NCBI GenBank assembly: GCA_964016885.1
Contig: OZ024741.1
Coordinates: 188,108,001-188,172,000, forward strand
Source: Eledone cirrhosa
Taxonomy: Eukaryota
Length of the DNA stretch: 64,000 nucleotides
Reading direction: 5' to 3'
A model generated the notes under the pieces. The model ran no database searches and had not been told where the DNA came from. It saw nothing but the letters and a program-made list of their open reading frames with translations. A program made the translations under genes and the position numbers. Shown here piece after piece: positions 1-13,334 of the stretch. Within the stretch, counting starts at the first letter, position 1, and the number at the start of each line of letters is the position of its first letter.

Positions 1-550
<550 letters not shown>

Positions 551-553
<3 letters not shown>

Positions 554-930
554 TCATCATCATCATCATCACCGTTTTACGTCCGTTCTTCCACGCTAGC
601 ATGGGTTAGACGGGTTGTCCTGTTGTGGGCAGTGTCTGGTCGGCTGACCATGCCTTGCTCATACAGGAACTGATCTGGCTTGATTTCTACAGCTGGATGC
701 CCTTCCTAACACCAACCTCATTTACAGTGAGTGCTGGGTGCTTTTTCGTGGCGCCTACACGTCCACTTTACAGTGTGGGCTGGGTGCTTTTTTGCCGTGG
801 CACCTCCACGACCACCTTGCGGTGGGGGGGGGGGGGGGGGGGCATATTGTTTATATGCTTCAGCATGTACCCATGGGAGGTCGGGTACTCTGTATTACTG
901 CGTGACGCCAGAAGTCACGGTCGTGTGTCA
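551..930 (-). mobile_element. SINE/LINE 3' end with (GAT)n tail; second 3' fragment at 21735-21860
   Basis: accgttttacgtcc(g/a)ttcttccacgctagcatgggttagacgggttgtcctgttgtgg follows (CAT)n at both loci; internal tttctacagctggatgcccttcct block resembles cephalopod SINE bodies from memory. Confidence 0.7.
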
Positions 931-952
931 TTGTCGTGTGTTATATATGTTT

Positions 953-1130
953 ATCCTGGGTTCAATCGGGGGTAACCACAGTAAGTAAGGTACTCAATAC
1001 ATTGCAGAGTTTGAATATTTGATATAGAAATGGCTTCTACAGAACTAGAAATCATCAAGGATTTTCCCGATGATTTGTTCCGAATGAAACAGTTCTAGTC
1101 CTGTAGAAGCCATTTCTATATTAAATATAT
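953..1130. mobile_element. Hammerhead family A fold-back fragment (Penelope-like terminal repeat), core mutated to CCGATGA
   Basis: atagaaatggcttctacagaactagaa ... ttctagtcctgtagaagccatttctatat inverted arms; shares gggttcaatcgggggtaaccacagtaagtaaggtactcaataca with 15538, 15826 and 53396. Confidence 0.75.
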
Positions 1131-1569
1131 ATAGTTATATATTGTAAAAGAATTCCTTACACTTAATAATATAGTTATATATATATATTCTGAGTATTTT
1201 GCATCCTCCCTCTAACCTATCGCTCCCTTCTCCGCCTCAACCTACCCACACACTATCACACCCATACCATTATACCACCCTCCACCCTTGACCTATACCT
1301 CTACCCCTTTTATTTTTGTTTTTATTTTGGTGCTTATGTGTGTGTGCAAATGTATGCATATAGTTAAACATATACGTCCCCTCTCTCCCCTTCCCACCAC
1401 TCCCCCTCTTCCACCTCTCTCTTGCACGCGTGAACGCGAAGATCAATTATTGTATAGAGGTATTCACAATTGTTGTTGTGTTTGTTTAGCCCAAGGTTAG
1501 CCCTCACTGAACACATCTATAATGATCGAAAGCATAACCAGCCTATCTTTCTCACATTGCTAAACGTGG

Positions 1570-1875
1570 CCCTTGTGGAGGCCCGTGGCCTAATTGTATG
1601 TGTGTGTTGGACGTAAAATCATAATGCCGTTGGTTTGATGCCTGGATTGGGTTGTGTATTGTGTTCTTGAGCAAAACACTTCATTTAACGTTGCTCCAGT
1701 ATAATCAGCTGAAAATGAGTACCAGCAATAGCTGGGAGGAGGGGGGGTGTAGAGTTTCTATAGACTGGCGTCCTGACCAAGAGGATTATTGTACTCTCTG
1801 TCGCTTAACACCGCGAAACCGAGATACGCACCGGCATGTTGATAAGCACCAGTCTCGAGACAGACTTTAGACTTT
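1570..1875 (+). mobile_element. Old tRNA-derived SINE (family S4); related copies ~31160-31430 and ~37045-37330
   Basis: A/B-box-like head (gtggcctaattgta...gtttgatgcc) followed by ttgagcaaaacacttcatttaacgttgctccagt; similar blocks at the other loci. Confidence 0.55.
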
Positions 1876-1904
1876 TTACAACCTATTTAAGGAAGATTTA
1901 TAGG

Positions 1905-1968
1905 TGATGATGGTGGAGGTGACGGCAGTGTTGATAATAGTAGTTTTGGGGTGATAATGTGGGCGTTC

Positions 1969-2023
<55 letters not shown>

Positions 2024-2096
2024 AGGTGGTGGTGGTGGTGGTGGAGGTGATGGCAGTGTTGATAATAGTAGTTTTGGGGTGATAATGTGGGCGTTC

Positions 2097-2169
<73 letters not shown>

Positions 2170-2241
2170 AGGTGGTGTGGTGGTGGTGGAGGTGATGGCA
2201 GTGTTGATAATAGTAGTTTTGGGGTGATAATGTGGGCGTTC

Positions 2242-2305
<64 letters not shown>

Positions 2306-2377
2306 AGGTGGTGTGGTGGTGGTGGAGGTGATGGCAGTGTTGATAATAGTAGTTTTGGGGTGATAATGTGGGCGTTC

Positions 2378-2435
<58 letters not shown>

Positions 2436-2508
2436 AGGTGGTGGTGGTGGTGGTGGAGGTGACGGCAGTGTTGATAATAGTAGTTTTGGGGTGATAATGT
2501 GGACGTTC

Positions 2509-2566
<58 letters not shown>

Positions 2567-2638
2567 AGGTGGTGTGGTGGTGGTGGAGGTGATGGCAGTG
2601 TTGATAATAGTAGTTTTGGGGTGATAATGTGGGCGTTC

Positions 2639-2693
<55 letters not shown>

Positions 2694-2766
2694 AGGTGGT
2701 GGTGGTGGTGGTGGAGGTGACGGCAGTGTTGATAATAGTAGTTTTGGGGTGATAATGTGGGCGTTC

Positions 2767-2821
<55 letters not shown>

Positions 2822-2897
2822 AGGTGGTGGTGGTGGTGGTGGTGGAGGTGACGGCAGTGTTGATAATAGTAGTTTTGGGGTGATAATGTGGGCGTTC

Positions 2898-2961
<64 letters not shown>

Positions 2962-3028
2962 AGGTGGTGGTGGTGGAGGTGACGGCAGTGTTGATAATAG
3001 TAGTTTTGGGGTGATAATGTGGGCGTTC

Positions 3029-3098
<70 letters not shown>

Positions 3099-3171
3099 AG
3101 GTGGTGGTGGTGGTGGTGGAGGTGACGGCAGTGTTGATAATAGTAGTTTTGGGGTGATAATGTGGGCGTTC

Positions 3172-3243
<72 letters not shown>

Positions 3244-3284
3244 TGATGGTGGTGGTGGCGGCAGTGGTGATAATGTGGGCCTTC

Positions 3285-3349
<65 letters not shown>

Positions 3350-3355
3350 GGTGAC
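1905..3355. repeat. Composite minisatellite: ~10 units plus 1 degenerate unit of a constant ~55-bp block, (GTA)n and (GGT)n
   Basis: Constant ggaggtga(c/t)ggcagtgttgataatagtagttttggggtgataatgtgggcgttc recurs every ~130-145 bp with variable triplet tracts. Confidence 0.95.
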
Positions 3356-3646
3356 AGTAAGGTGGTTGCAGTTAATAGTGTATAATTCCTCTCAATTCCC
3401 ACAGAAGACGTTATAGTTTACTTTATATATCAAAGCTCTGAGAAGCTCACTCCTCAAAGTGTGCAGATTGACGAGGTTTCTGTATTTACAAATTGATTGT
3501 TGGGTAGGATGCATGTTTTTGGTTGTTGTGCGAGATCTGGGAAGCAGCGTTGTATTGCTGCCTAGCTTCGTGATTCGTTAGGTTGCTTTTCCTCAAGTCA
3601 CAATTTAAATCGCATAGGTCCAACATGTCCTCAGTGACCTATAGTT

Positions 3647-3809
3647 TCTTCTTCTTCTTCTTCTTCTTCTTCTTCTTCTTCTTCTTCTTCTTCTTCTTCT
3701 TCTTCTTCTTCTTCTTCTTCTTCTTCTTCTTCTTCTTCTTCTTCTTCTTCTTCTTCTTCTTCTTCTTCTTCTTCTTCTTCTTCTTCTTCTTCTTCTTCTT
3801 CTTCTTCTT
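3647..3809. repeat. Pure (CTT)n/(GAA)n tract, ~54 units
   Basis: Directly visible; source of the poly-F/E/K ORFs. Confidence 0.95.
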
Positions 3810-4494
3810 GGGCCGTTTCAAGAAGTGCTTCCTTAAAGTTATCTGTCATGGAGTTAATACCTTATAGAACGTCGAGGGCTGAAAACCTGCCACCTATATT
3901 CGCTTCAAACATTGCTGCAACTTTAGGATCTTTTAGTTTGTTTACATCAAACCTAATACGTGTGGCTACTTTCTTATGGATCTTATTCAGCTTAAGCTTC
4001 AGTGTCACCAGGATCACTGTTGACATTTGTACTGGGGAAGGTCTTAGTGTTGGCATCATTTGTACTAGACTTAAAATTTTGAGGTGCGAGTATGAAGTCA
4101 GTTTGGTTGTGAGTCCTGTCACATGCCATGTTGTTCTTCACGAGGAGGTCTTGTGAAGGAACTGTGTGTTTGCTAGGGTCCACTTGTGAGTGCTAGCAAA
4201 TTCTAGGAGTCGGCATCTGCGATTGCTGGTTTCTCCGACCCTAAATCATCCCACTGTCCCAGTCTATTTGTACTTTGGCACTCCTCAGGATAACTTTCTG
4301 TTTTAGGAGCTTTCCTGACGATTTTCTCCAGGTCCTCATCGAACATCGAACTCTTCGACGGCATCATCGTCGTAATCAAACGTTGGTGCATAGACTTGTA
4401 TGATGGTAACGGCCCGTGGCCTTGCAGTCGCACACATGAGGAGTCTGCTGGATATTGGTGTACAGCTGATGATTGTTTTCATTCTGGCCTTGTT

Positions 4495-4688
4495 AATAAT
4501 TGTTTCTACTTTTGACACAAGGCCAGCAATTACCCCAGTGCATTACTGGTACTTTATTTTATCGAACCCGTGAGGATGAAAGGCAAAGTTAACCTCGACG
4601 GGATTTGAACTCAAAACGTAAAGAACCATAACTCTATGCTGCAAAACATGGTGTCTGACGCTCTACCGATACTGCCAATCCACCGCCC
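4495..4688 (-). mobile_element. SINE family S1 inserted in the RTE endonuclease, with target-site duplication
   Basis: Full S1 antisense copy flanked by cttgttaataat / cttgttaatgat; removing it rejoins the reading VGFIINK-ARMKT. Confidence 0.9.
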
Positions 4689-5079
4689 TTGTTAATGATG
4701 AAGCCTACCTTCTGTTCGTGTTTGGTGTCATCACCACTGTACCTCTTGTAGCCTTTATCTGTAGTTGCCTCACTTAATCCAATCCACTTGACTTCAACCA
4801 GCTCTACAATACCCCATGTATATCTGGCAAGTTCGTGTATAAGTTCTTTCGTCCTTCCACAAGCGTACAGAACGCAGACGCTCCACGTCCCAAAGACAGT
4901 ATTTTATTCAGAAAGGTTTATGGTTGCCGGTGGAGGTGGAGGTGCCTTTGTCATTGTTGGTGTTGTCCCAGTAGCACATTGGTTGCTTCCACCCTGGGAA
5001 ACAGCAGTGGAGAGCACAGTCGTTGGGTTTCCTAGCATTGGCCAAATCGACATGTTATACGTTTACTGTTTCATCAGGA

Positions 5080-5139
5080 ATCATTATCAACACCTCCACC
5101 ATCATCATCATCATCATCATCACCATCACCACCATCATC

Positions 5140-5170
<31 letters not shown>

Positions 5171-5189
5171 CCATCACCATCATCATCAC

Positions 5190-5220
<31 letters not shown>

Positions 5221-5333
5221 GTCATCATCATCATCATCACCATCATCATCAGTATCATCATCATCACCATCATCATCACCATCATCATCAGTATCATCAT
5301 CGTCACCATCATCACCACCATCGTCATCATCAC

Positions 5334-5365
<32 letters not shown>

Positions 5366-5425
5366 CCATCACCATCATCATCACCATCATCATCACCATC
5401 ATCATCATCATCATCATCATCAACA
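5080..5425. repeat. (CAT/CAC)n triplet repeat
   Basis: Visible; explains the poly-His/Ile/Met ORFs. Confidence 0.95.
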
Positions 5426-5590
5426 CATAACTTCTACAACGACCATCATTAACATGTCATCGTTGGTTCTAAGAAATATTTGCTCGTTTAAATGAGATAA
5501 TTGCTATAAATAACATCACTGTGATATCAACAGTCATAGAGACACACACACATAGCTCGGAGTATGTGTGTGTGCATATGTGTGTATAAG

Positions 5591-5626
<36 letters not shown>

Positions 5627-5661
5627 TATATACACACACATACACACACATACATACACAC

Positions 5662-5704
<43 letters not shown>

Positions 5705-5767
5705 CATATATATATATCAAAATATATATATTGAGTTAAAAACTCACAATAGTCCCTTAAAGGCCTT

Positions 5768-5882
5768 ATAACACAGTAAAGAAAGACGTACACAGATATA
5801 TAACTATATGCGGTTTCTGTCCCCTATGATTTGAACGCATATAGTTATATATCTGTGTTCGTCTCTCTTTATTGTGTTATAT
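5768..5882. repeat. Fold-back palindrome related to the outer ends of the 59117-59606 element
   Basis: ataacacagtaaagaaagacgtacacagatatataactatatgcg ... cgcatatagttatatatctgtgttcgtctctctttattgtgttat; the aagacgaacagagatatata motif is also at 6421 and 59135. Confidence 0.75.
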
Positions 5883-5891
5883 ATATCTATG

Positions 5892-5930
<39 letters not shown>

Positions 5931-5974
5931 AAGTTAAATAAAAGTCAAATGATTAAAATTAAGCTTCGTTTATT

Positions 5975-6029
5975 ACTGCTATATATATTTCAGTGACAGC
6001 CATCTTTGGCTGTGACCTCTTCAGGCAGT
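5975..6029 (-). ncRNA. Type I hammerhead ribozyme, minimal Penelope-like type
   Basis: Minus strand ACTGC-CTGAAGA-GGTCACAGCCAAAGATGGCTGTCACT-GAAA-TATATA-TA-GCAGT-AATAAA: stem I ACTGC/GCAGT, long stem II, palindromic stem III, poly(A) signal. Confidence 0.8.
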
Positions 6030-6240
6030 TTGAATTAGTATGGTATAGACAAGTACATATGTTGTTTAGGTGTATGATATTGTCAATACTCTGATATGCC
6101 CAGTTCCTTGTTGGGTTGTTAATTCACTGGGGAACTGGAGTCATATTTTACACTACTCCGGAGTAACCAAACCAACCTGCGCACTTCGTCGAGTGCTCCA
6201 GCCTGCATACTGAGGTGTTGGTATACAACCAACAAAAACT

Positions 6241-6294
<54 letters not shown>

Positions 6295-6309
6295 ATTTAT
6301 ATATATATA

Positions 6310-6421
<112 letters not shown>

Positions 6422-6438
6422 CACAATAAAGAGAGACG

Positions 6439-6486
<48 letters not shown>

Positions 6487-6769
6487 ATTTGAAGACTAAA
6501 ATCCAAAGAGGGCTCGATAAGCGATTCTTTGCTTAAACTTTAATCTGTTAGTTTAATAAATATATATATACAATAGTACAGCATATTCGAAGTTCGATCA
6601 GCATCTAAGCCAACGAATGCCTTCAGCAGTGCAGCCAAGCACTCGACGAGGAATAAACGTCAGAGTAATAACATAGAGTTTAAAGGGCTTTGTAAATTGA
6701 AAATAGCGACCGCTAATTCAGCCGCGTGATCTGTAGCAACGAAAGAACTGACTAGTGAGAAAAGGATAT

Positions 6770-6801
<32 letters not shown>

Positions 6802-6838
6802 GTGTGAGAAAAACCACAGACCCTCCATCTCAACTCTA

Positions 6839-6875
6839 CTTTTGAAAAGCAGAAGAACTGCGAAACCGGTAAAGG
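6839..6875 (+). ncRNA. Degenerate minimal hammerhead
   Basis: CTT-TTGAAAA-GCAG AAGAA CTGC-GAAA-CCGG-TA-AAGG followed by AATAAA; core box has two substitutions relative to CTGANGA. Confidence 0.5.
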
Positions 6876-7007
6876 AACCAAATAAATATATATATATTTT
6901 TTTAAATAAGACTCCAGTTGCATTTTCGATTTCATCTGTTTTCCTTATACTTTCACTCGTGAAGGACACCTCGGTTATTTTTCATTTTGTAAAAAAAAAC
7001 CTCACTG

Positions 7008-7086
<79 letters not shown>

Positions 7087-7225
7087 GTGTGTTAGTAGCC
7101 GAAGTGTACAGCAAAGCCATAATTATATACACACAGAGTGGGCCCCTGAGACTGCACCAATGAGGACATAAATATACTCATATTTAATACGAATTTCCCT
7201 GTTAATTGAAAACATACTAAATTAA

Positions 7226-7276
7226 ACACCTTTAATCGATTTTCGGACCTGGTTGGGCCTTCATCAGAAGGCGTGT
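7226..7276 (-). ncRNA. Type I hammerhead ribozyme
   Basis: ACACGCCTT-CTGATGA-AGGCCCAACCAGGTCC-GAAA-ATCGAT-TA-AAGGTGT; palindromic stem III AATCGATT. Confidence 0.8.
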
Positions 7277-7536
7277 ATATCATCCAAACAACCACAAGGA
7301 AACACAATTTCTATGGGTATATATACCCATTTGCTGTTAGCATTAATCTGAAATTGATATAATTAGCATATAATTGCATCTAAATAGCGTTCGTGTTAGT
7401 AATTAAGATGTATATTAAGAAGTGCTCAAACAACCAAAGTGTACGAAGTGTGTGTGTGTGTATGTGTGTATGTATGAGTGTACGCGCGCTTATGTATGTA
7501 TTCATAATAGATGGCATGGTATGGTATCGTATGATC

Positions 7537-7852
7537 CCTTAACTCCTGATGAAATCGTAGGAGCACCGTATTCACGTACGGCGTTTCTTAAACATTTGGA
7601 GCCTGGCTGAGCCCGTCTTTTTCCAGGCCTGAATACAGCAGATTTCTTCCCGGGAAGGATAGAAGTGATAAAGAGGAAGCGAGAAAGAGCTATACTGGAA
7701 AAATCGACCCTAGTACTAGACTGGTACTTTTTTTTATCGCCCTCGAAAGGATGAAAGCAATCGGTGGGATTTGAACTCAGAGAGCAGAGAGGCAGAACGA
7801 ATACCACAAAGCATTCTATCCTACGTTCTAACGACTCGGCCAATTCGCCGAT
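7537..7852 (-). mobile_element. SINE family S2 (S1-like head and body, different long 3' tail); other copies ~19170-19675 (+), 43515-43810 (-), 57028-57352 (-), tail only 62850-62920, head only 33260-33323
   Basis: Shared blocks ctgctgtattcaggcctggagag and acgactccctcgggagtta joined to the gtcaactttgcctttcatcc...aaagtaccag body. Confidence 0.75.
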
Positions 7853-7954
7853 ACTAGTTATTAAATTCATGTTGTCTATTTTTTGTTTGTTTTTATTTAT
7901 TTTCTGGAGGTTTTTTTACGACTTAATGAGAAGAAAGAGACCAATCCCCATCAC

Positions 7955-8145
7955 CCGATTGGTAGTATCGGTAGAGGGTCGGACGCCGTGCTTTGCAGCA
8001 TAGAGTTACGGTCCTTTACGGTCTGAGTTCAAATCCCGCCGAGGTTAATTGTGCCTTTCATCCTTACGGGGTCGATAAAATAAAGCACCAGTAATGAACT
8101 GGGGGTAATTGCTGGCCTTGTGCTAAAAGTAGAAACAATTATTAT
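7955..8145 (+). mobile_element. SINE family S1, representative dispersed copy (~190 bp; ~38 copies in the window)
   Basis: Consensus ggtggattggcagtatcggtagagggtcggacgccatgc...ctgagttcaaatcccgccgaggttaactttgcctttcatccttacggggtcgataaaataaagtaccagtaatgcactgggtaattgctggccttgtgcctaaagtagaaacaattatt, with A-box and B-box (GTTCAAATCC). Other dispersed copies: 18209, 19710(-), 20195, 20462, 34255(-), 36397, 36603, 48208, 52006(-), 52213, 54425, 57667. Confidence 0.92.
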
Positions 8146-8504
8146 GGCATCTTTGACTGGTACGAGCAAAGGAGAACATTATCGTAAACCGCATACTTGG
8201 TCGGATACTTACAACAGAGTGGAGTTCACCACATGTACCTAATGGCCATATGGTGATATAAGAAACTGGCTGATAAATCAAGTCCACTCACAACGCAAGA
8301 ACAGGACCGATCCTTCCGGAAAAGTTCCACACAGTTTCCGTCTACACAAGACTATTTGATCCGAGACTCTTGTAAAAGATATATGCCCCCAAGTTGCGGC
8401 TTAGTGGGATCGTACCGAAATCACATGACTGCAAAACGCACTCTTTAACCTTTCTACCTTGGTGCATACAATATTTTGACTACAGCTGGTTATTAAAAAA
8501 TATT

Positions 8505-8917
8505 TACTCCCGAGCCTCGAATAATCGCTCTCACCTTCCCACCCTTTAATTAATGTTTCAGAGTTTTTTCCACGCCACCACACCCCCTTTTATTGAATAT
8601 TGCTAAATTTTATTTTAAGTGGTAGCATTCCTGCGACAATTAATTTTCTTTATTCATGAAGTAACATTGTACATGAGATAAAAAGTACATTACTAGAAAT
8701 CGCATACGTTATGAAATAAATAGGATTGGTGGTGGGGGGGGGGGGGGGGGCTCAATATGTAAACTAAACGACTAATTCTGAGTTGTTTTTTTTTAATCAA
8801 CGGAGACAACCTAGAAAAATTACCGATTTTCCACGCATCCACCCCACTCCCGCTTATTCCACCTCGCCCACCCCACATACCCCCCCCCCCCCCTCCATTA
8901 TTTGAGACCCGAGAATA
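8505..8917. mobile_element. Possible old MITE
   Basis: tactcccgagcctcgaataat and attatttgagacccgagaata are inverted, 16/21 match. Confidence 0.4.
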
Positions 8918-9825
8918 GGCAGCAACCTTAAAGTTTTGTAGTTCTTGGAGTGAAACAAGATGGGGAAAATACATTTTTGTCACACAAGTCTAATCTGTAA
9001 GTGGAATAGTAATATTCTACAAGAACATTCTAAAGTTCAGCAAGCAGTTCTAAGCCAGTTTTTCTTTTTTTGTTTTGTTTTGTTTTTTTGTGTTCCTTTG
9101 TCGGCGTCAAAACTCTAATGACGTGTCCTTGTTCTTTTATTAGTAACTGGCGCCTTCCTTTGCTGAAAGAATTTGAAAACGTAATTGTATATTAATTTCT
9201 AGGCGCCGTGCAAAGAAGTGCATAATCAACACAGCGACAACGTGTGACAAAGTTGACTCTTGTGAATTACAGATACAGCCATCAATTTTCAACACAATTT
9301 CCGTTTATCCAGTTTCACTCACAAACCTTCAGTCAACACGACGCTATAGCAGACGGTACATTTCCAGACGACACGCAATTAGATTGAACCCGGGACTTCA
9401 TGGCTTCCAAGTGAGATTCTTAACCACTTACACTTAAATAAAGGTATGGAGGTTATAAATACATACACTCACATGTGTATCATTAAACACACACACACGT
9501 ACGTACGTGCATATATACATACATACATACATGCATACATACATACATACATACATACATACATACATACATACATGCATACATATTATACATAGATTAC
9601 ATACATACATGCATACATACATACAAACATACATACAAACATATATGCATGCATACATACATAATACATACATACATACATACATACATACATACATACA
9701 TACATACATAAATGCATACACATACATACATACATGCATACATACATACCTACATACATACATACATACATACATACATACATACATACATACATACATA
9801 CATACATACATACATACATACATAC

Positions 9826-12029
9826 AGAAAATGTCGATAGGAAATCGCCAGGCCCAGACCTCATTACAGGATACTGGTTGAAGAATTTCACTTTCTATCG
9901 GCAAGATCTCATACGGCTGTTTACAGAAACCATTAAGGGCACACAAGAACTGCCCAGATGGTTATCAACTGCCACTACTCTCCTCATTCCCAAAAATAGC
10001 CAAACCACCCTTGCTAAAAATTACCGCCCAATAGCCTGCCAAAACATCATGTATAAATTATATACTGGGTGCCTTAATCTGTTCTTACAGGATCACTGTG
10101 CTACCAACAACATCATAACACCTGAGCAAGCTGGTGGAAAGAGGGAGGTGTGGAGTTGCATAGATCACCTACTAACTAACAAAATGATTCAGGAAAAAAC
10201 AACAAAGAATCGCAGAAACATGACTGTCGTGTGGCTGGACTATCAAAAAGCATTTGATAGTGTACCTCATGGGTGGATTATTAAGGCTTTACAGTTAGCT
10301 AAAGTCCCACAACCATTGGTACCTGCTGTTGAACGCCTGACCAAGAACTGGTACACCAATTTGATCCTTAGAGGTGAGAAGGAGCAAGTTAAGACTGATA
10401 AGATACATTACCAGAAGGGCATCTTTCAAGGTGATAGCTTGCCAGTGCTACTCTTCGTTCTCTCACTGAATCCACTATCTTACCTACTCAGGAAACAAGG
10501 TGGACAAAGAAGTGGGCCCAGAAGTATCTCCCATCTTTTCTTTGTTGATGACCTGAAGTTGTATGGGCCAAATATCATTGACATCAAGAAACAATTGGAC
10601 CTCATTACACAATTTTCAACCGACATCAAAATGAAATTTGGTGAGTCCAAGTGTGCATATTTGGCAATAAAACGTGGAAGAGCTGTGCCCTCCTCTAGAA
10701 ATCTAGATATGAACGGCCTGACAATACAACCTCTGCAGTCAGGTGACAACTACAGATATCTTGGATAGGATGAGAATGTCAGATATGATGGACCCATAAA
10801 TAAGGAGAGAACCAGAACTGAATACCTCAGAAGAGTAAAGAAAATATGGTCATCAGAACTGTCAGCATACAACAAATACATTGCCCACAATACTTATGCT
10901 GTGCCAATTCTAACGCCAACATTTGGCCTGCTGAACTGGTCATTGCAAGAACTAAGTGAGATGGATGGTAGAACTCGAAAACTTCTCAGTGTTACTGGGA
11001 ACTTTAACATCAATGGTGATGTGGATAGGCTATACTTCTCACGCAAGGAAGGTGGCCGGGGTCTAAAATCAATATTAACAACATATGAGACCCGGATAGT
11101 AGCACTGAAGCAACACCTTCAACAGAGGAAAAAGGTTGGCAACCATCTTGCCCAGGTTTATGAGCATGAAAAAAAAATATCATTAGAATAGCGACTGATC
11201 TGGAGGAGAGATATGGAATAAAGCCTGATATAAATCTCTCACCCAGAGAAATCGGAAGATCCTATTCAATCTTCAAACAAGATAAAAAAAATTTACCAAT
11301 TTACAGAAAAAGTTGTGTATGGATACTTGAGGCGTAAAACACAGACAATAGAGGGGATAAACCACTCAAAAAGCCTGGCATGGAGTTCCGACAAGTTTAT
11401 GACATCACACCTTGAGGGATATCTCTATGCAATACAGGAACAAGAACTCCCTACCAAATATCTGCTGCACAAAAGAGGAGGGCCAGCAGCTGACAATAAA
11501 TGTAGGCTATGTAAAACAAAGATCGAGGATGTAAGCCACATTGTTGCCAGCTGCGAAAGAATGTCATCTCGCTACTACCTCCCCATGAGACACGATGGGA
11601 TAGCTAGAACTATCTGGAACGCACTTCGGAAAACAAAATTAACAGCAAACGAGGAAGAATATATTGAGACAGATGTCACTAAGGAATACTGGTGGAACCT
11701 GAAAATAAAAACTGCCACCAAATTAAAGCACAACCGGCCTGATATTGTAGTTTGGGACCACACATTGAAAACGTGTTCTGTTGTGGAGATCAGCTGCCCA
11801 CTTGATGTAAACGTTGTCAGAAAAATACAGGAGAAGGAGGACATCTACGGACCATTGATGAGGAGTTTACAAATCCAGTATCCAAGATACACCTTTAGCT
11901 TCATACCCATCATTATTGGGGCTACGGGTTATATACCAACCCGCTTGGACCAAAGTATGACTGAACTTGGATTTGCGGACAAAAAGCGCAGCTCCCTAAT
12001 TCATAGTCTACAAATGGCTGCGATAGCTA
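9826..12029 (+). pseudogene. 5'-truncated R4/Dong-like non-LTR retrotransposon (RT + CCHC + RLE), family RLE-1, following a (CATA)n tract
   Basis: KSPGPD, NYRPIAC, WLDYQKAFDSVPH, GIFQGDSL, HLFFVDDLKLY, YRYLG, RKEGGRGL, CRLC..EDVSHIVASC, RHD, HNRPDIVVWD..VEISCP; stop at 10766 and frameshifts near 11180 and 11290. Confidence 0.92.
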
Positions 12030-13044
12030 TCAAGCAGAAATTATATTAATATATTGAAATCTGCTCTCTATTTCTGCTTGATAGATAATCTTGTAGAGTA
12101 AAGACAAGAATAGTAGTAATATAGACTCTATATATATATATGTGTGTATATATATACACATATATGTATACTTAAATTTTTATAGCACAATGAGAATGTT
12201 TTCCGTGAAATTAGGGTTTGCAGAGTTGATCATGTAAATTCACATAGATGTTTGTAGTTATCACATAAACATATGAATTTTTTTTTAAAAACTAAACATA
12301 AGATCATTACTTTTCACACATTATGGATACATGTCTCATTCAGGAATACTGATATTTACAATATAGCGGCTGGTTTTTATACATACTAATACCTCTACAT
12401 TAAAACATAGGGTTTTTATGCCTCGCCTATGTCTGGTTATTTTTAATTTTTCTCTCTATATAACAGCTGGTTTCTCTCCTAACCACATATATCTCCCTTA
12501 CATTAATACTAGAGCTAAATAAATAAATAAATAAATAAATGTATCATTGATACGTTTACTCAACGGATGTCCCACTACCTAGTTTTCTATATATATATAT
12601 CTATCTCTATTTCCTCTCTCTCTATATATATATATATATCTGCTTCTTTACATGAAGTTCTTCTCTTTATCTATCTTTCCATCTCTCTATTTTGTTCCAT
12701 GCATTTCTTCTTTTTCTTCTTTTTCTTCGTTTTCTGTCTTTCTTTCCTTTTTCTCTCTTTCTTTCTCTCTGTGTACAATTTTTTCACTGCCAATTCAACT
12801 TTTCAAATACAAGTCGATGTTGTACGGTATGTCAAATCTATTTATTTATAAAACTGTTTATATTGTATTTTGTCTGAGGAAGGCATAGCATATTGTTAAT
12901 ATGATATCCCTGAAATATATATAATGAAATAAATATGGTTTTATAAATATAGTTTCCATTTATTTAATATCGTAAATATACTCCAAATACTTGTCGAGTG
13001 CTTTTATATCAGTTATAAATATTTACTAGTTGTAACCCAACAAT

Positions 13045-13058
13045 TTAAATATAACTTT

Positions 13059-13154
<96 letters not shown>

Positions 13155-13262
13155 TTATATATATATTTATATATTTATAGATGTATATAATTATATATGT
13201 ATATATATATGCGTGTGTGCGTGCGTGTATGTCTGTGTGCATGTGTATTGCATGTCTGTCTG

Positions 13263-13297
<35 letters not shown>

Positions 13298-13302
13298 ATA
13301 TA

Positions 13303-13334
<32 letters not shown>

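Larger units (their letters stand above)
3570..5055 (-). pseudogene. Decayed RTE-clade LINE, 5' part of ORF (APE endonuclease and linker), interrupted by a SINE and a (GAA)n expansion
   Basis: Minus-strand frames give GTWSV..LYACGRTKELIHELARYTWGIVELVEVKWIG, YSGDDTKHEQKVGFIINK, TIIQVYAPTFDYDDDAVEEF, THNQTDFILAPQNFKSS, FEANIGGRFSAL and VTEDMLDLCD, all typical of RTE APE/linker regions. Confidence 0.85.

Noticed and set aside
1876-3402. 508-aa ORF, and a CRISPR-like look of the repeat
   Set aside because: Translation of a triplet-rich minisatellite; the spacers are microsatellites, there are no cas genes and the context is eukaryotic.
4788-5495. His-rich 235-aa ORF
   Set aside because: Antisense of the RTE 5' region fused to (CAT)n.
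6490-6560. Segment shared with 38410-38450 as a further hammerhead family
   Set aside because: The 3' block gcgattctttgcttaaactttaatctgtta is a real repeat, but no core or stems can be assembled.
7540-7600. CTGATGA in the S2 SINE tail (also ~43526) as a hammerhead
   Set aside because: Other copies read CCCGAGGAGTCG at this position, and there is no GAAA or stem III.
7955-8040. SINE heads as tRNA genes
   Set aside because: A/B boxes are present but there is no complete cloverleaf, and all are attached to SINE bodies.
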